From: Raillietiella orientalis
Lineage: Eukaryota
NCBI GenBank assembly: GCA_036172245.1
Contig: JAYWIR010000015.1
Location: 2,356,001-2,420,000, forward strand
Direction: 5' to 3'
DNA: 64,000 bases
Shown here: in pieces, positions 63,541-64,000 of the stretch
Layout: the number at the start of each line of letters is the position of its first letter
How positions within the stretch are numbered: the stretch's first letter is position 1
Translations under genes and position numbers: made by a program
Notes under the pieces: generated by a model
Seen by the model: the letters and a program-made list of their open reading frames with translations, nothing else
Told to the model about the DNA's origin: nothing
Database searches by the model: none

Positions 63541-64000
63541 ATACAGGAGTCCCTCCTCTTGGTAGCTTGTTCGAAAGATTTCATCATTAGTGACTCTGGA
63601 AGGACCACATTGGGAAAATTCTCCTCTTCTACTTATCCATTTTAACAGTTTTACACACCTGCAGCCAGGAAGTAGGGAGGTTTATTCTTTCGGAGGTTCG
63701 TCTTTCAGAAGCGTTGCTGAGCTTCTGATCTTCGAGCACGAGTATCCTCCATGATAGGATGAAAGTTCCGGCGACTTTGACGAGTCGAAGGCCTCTGCTT
63801 AGCAAGGTAAGAGCTCTGGCTCTTCAGCTTCCGATGCCTGGCTGTTGTGTCTGGCTAGTGGAGGTAGGCGAATCATTCTGTAATAAGGAGAAAGTGTGAC
63901 AGGAATAGCTTTAACACGTAGGATTCCGAGTTAGCGATTTAAATTGAATAAACTTACAGTGATTCCAGGAACGTTGAGCCACAGTTCGGGAACTAATCGA

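Noticed and set aside
30500..64000. The many 100-300 aa ORFs in the track as real genes or an endogenous giant virus
   Set aside because: They overlap in several frames, are Arg/Ser/Pro/Gly-rich or low-complexity, and show no viral hallmark motifs. High GC and LINE remnants explain them.

Overview
Eukaryotic (invertebrate-like, probably arthropod) genomic DNA. Two intact spliced genes lie on the minus strand: SMARCAL1 (12 coding exons, 108-9981, 675 aa by my splicing) and PYROXD1 (6 coding exons, 25214-26997, 478 aa). Both contain very short introns (43-55 nt), and both are CpG-depleted in their 5' gene bodies. Almost everything else is a dense field of old, frameshifted retroelement relics that I identified by reading motifs by eye across stops and frameshifts. 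RTE-like, Penelope-like and one DIRS-like relic occupy the AT-rich part (1-30 kb, including SMARCAL1 introns 9 and 10). Mostly L1/Tx1-like ORF1/ORF2 relics are packed head-to-tail and tail-to-tail in a visibly GC-rich, CpG-rich domain (about 30-64 kb) that is broken up by imperfect purine/pyrimidine tracts. The many ORFs in the track after 30 kb are GC-driven or shadows of these relics. I saw no intact mobile-element ORF, RNA gene, CRISPR array or novel multi-gene system. Element boundaries are approximate.
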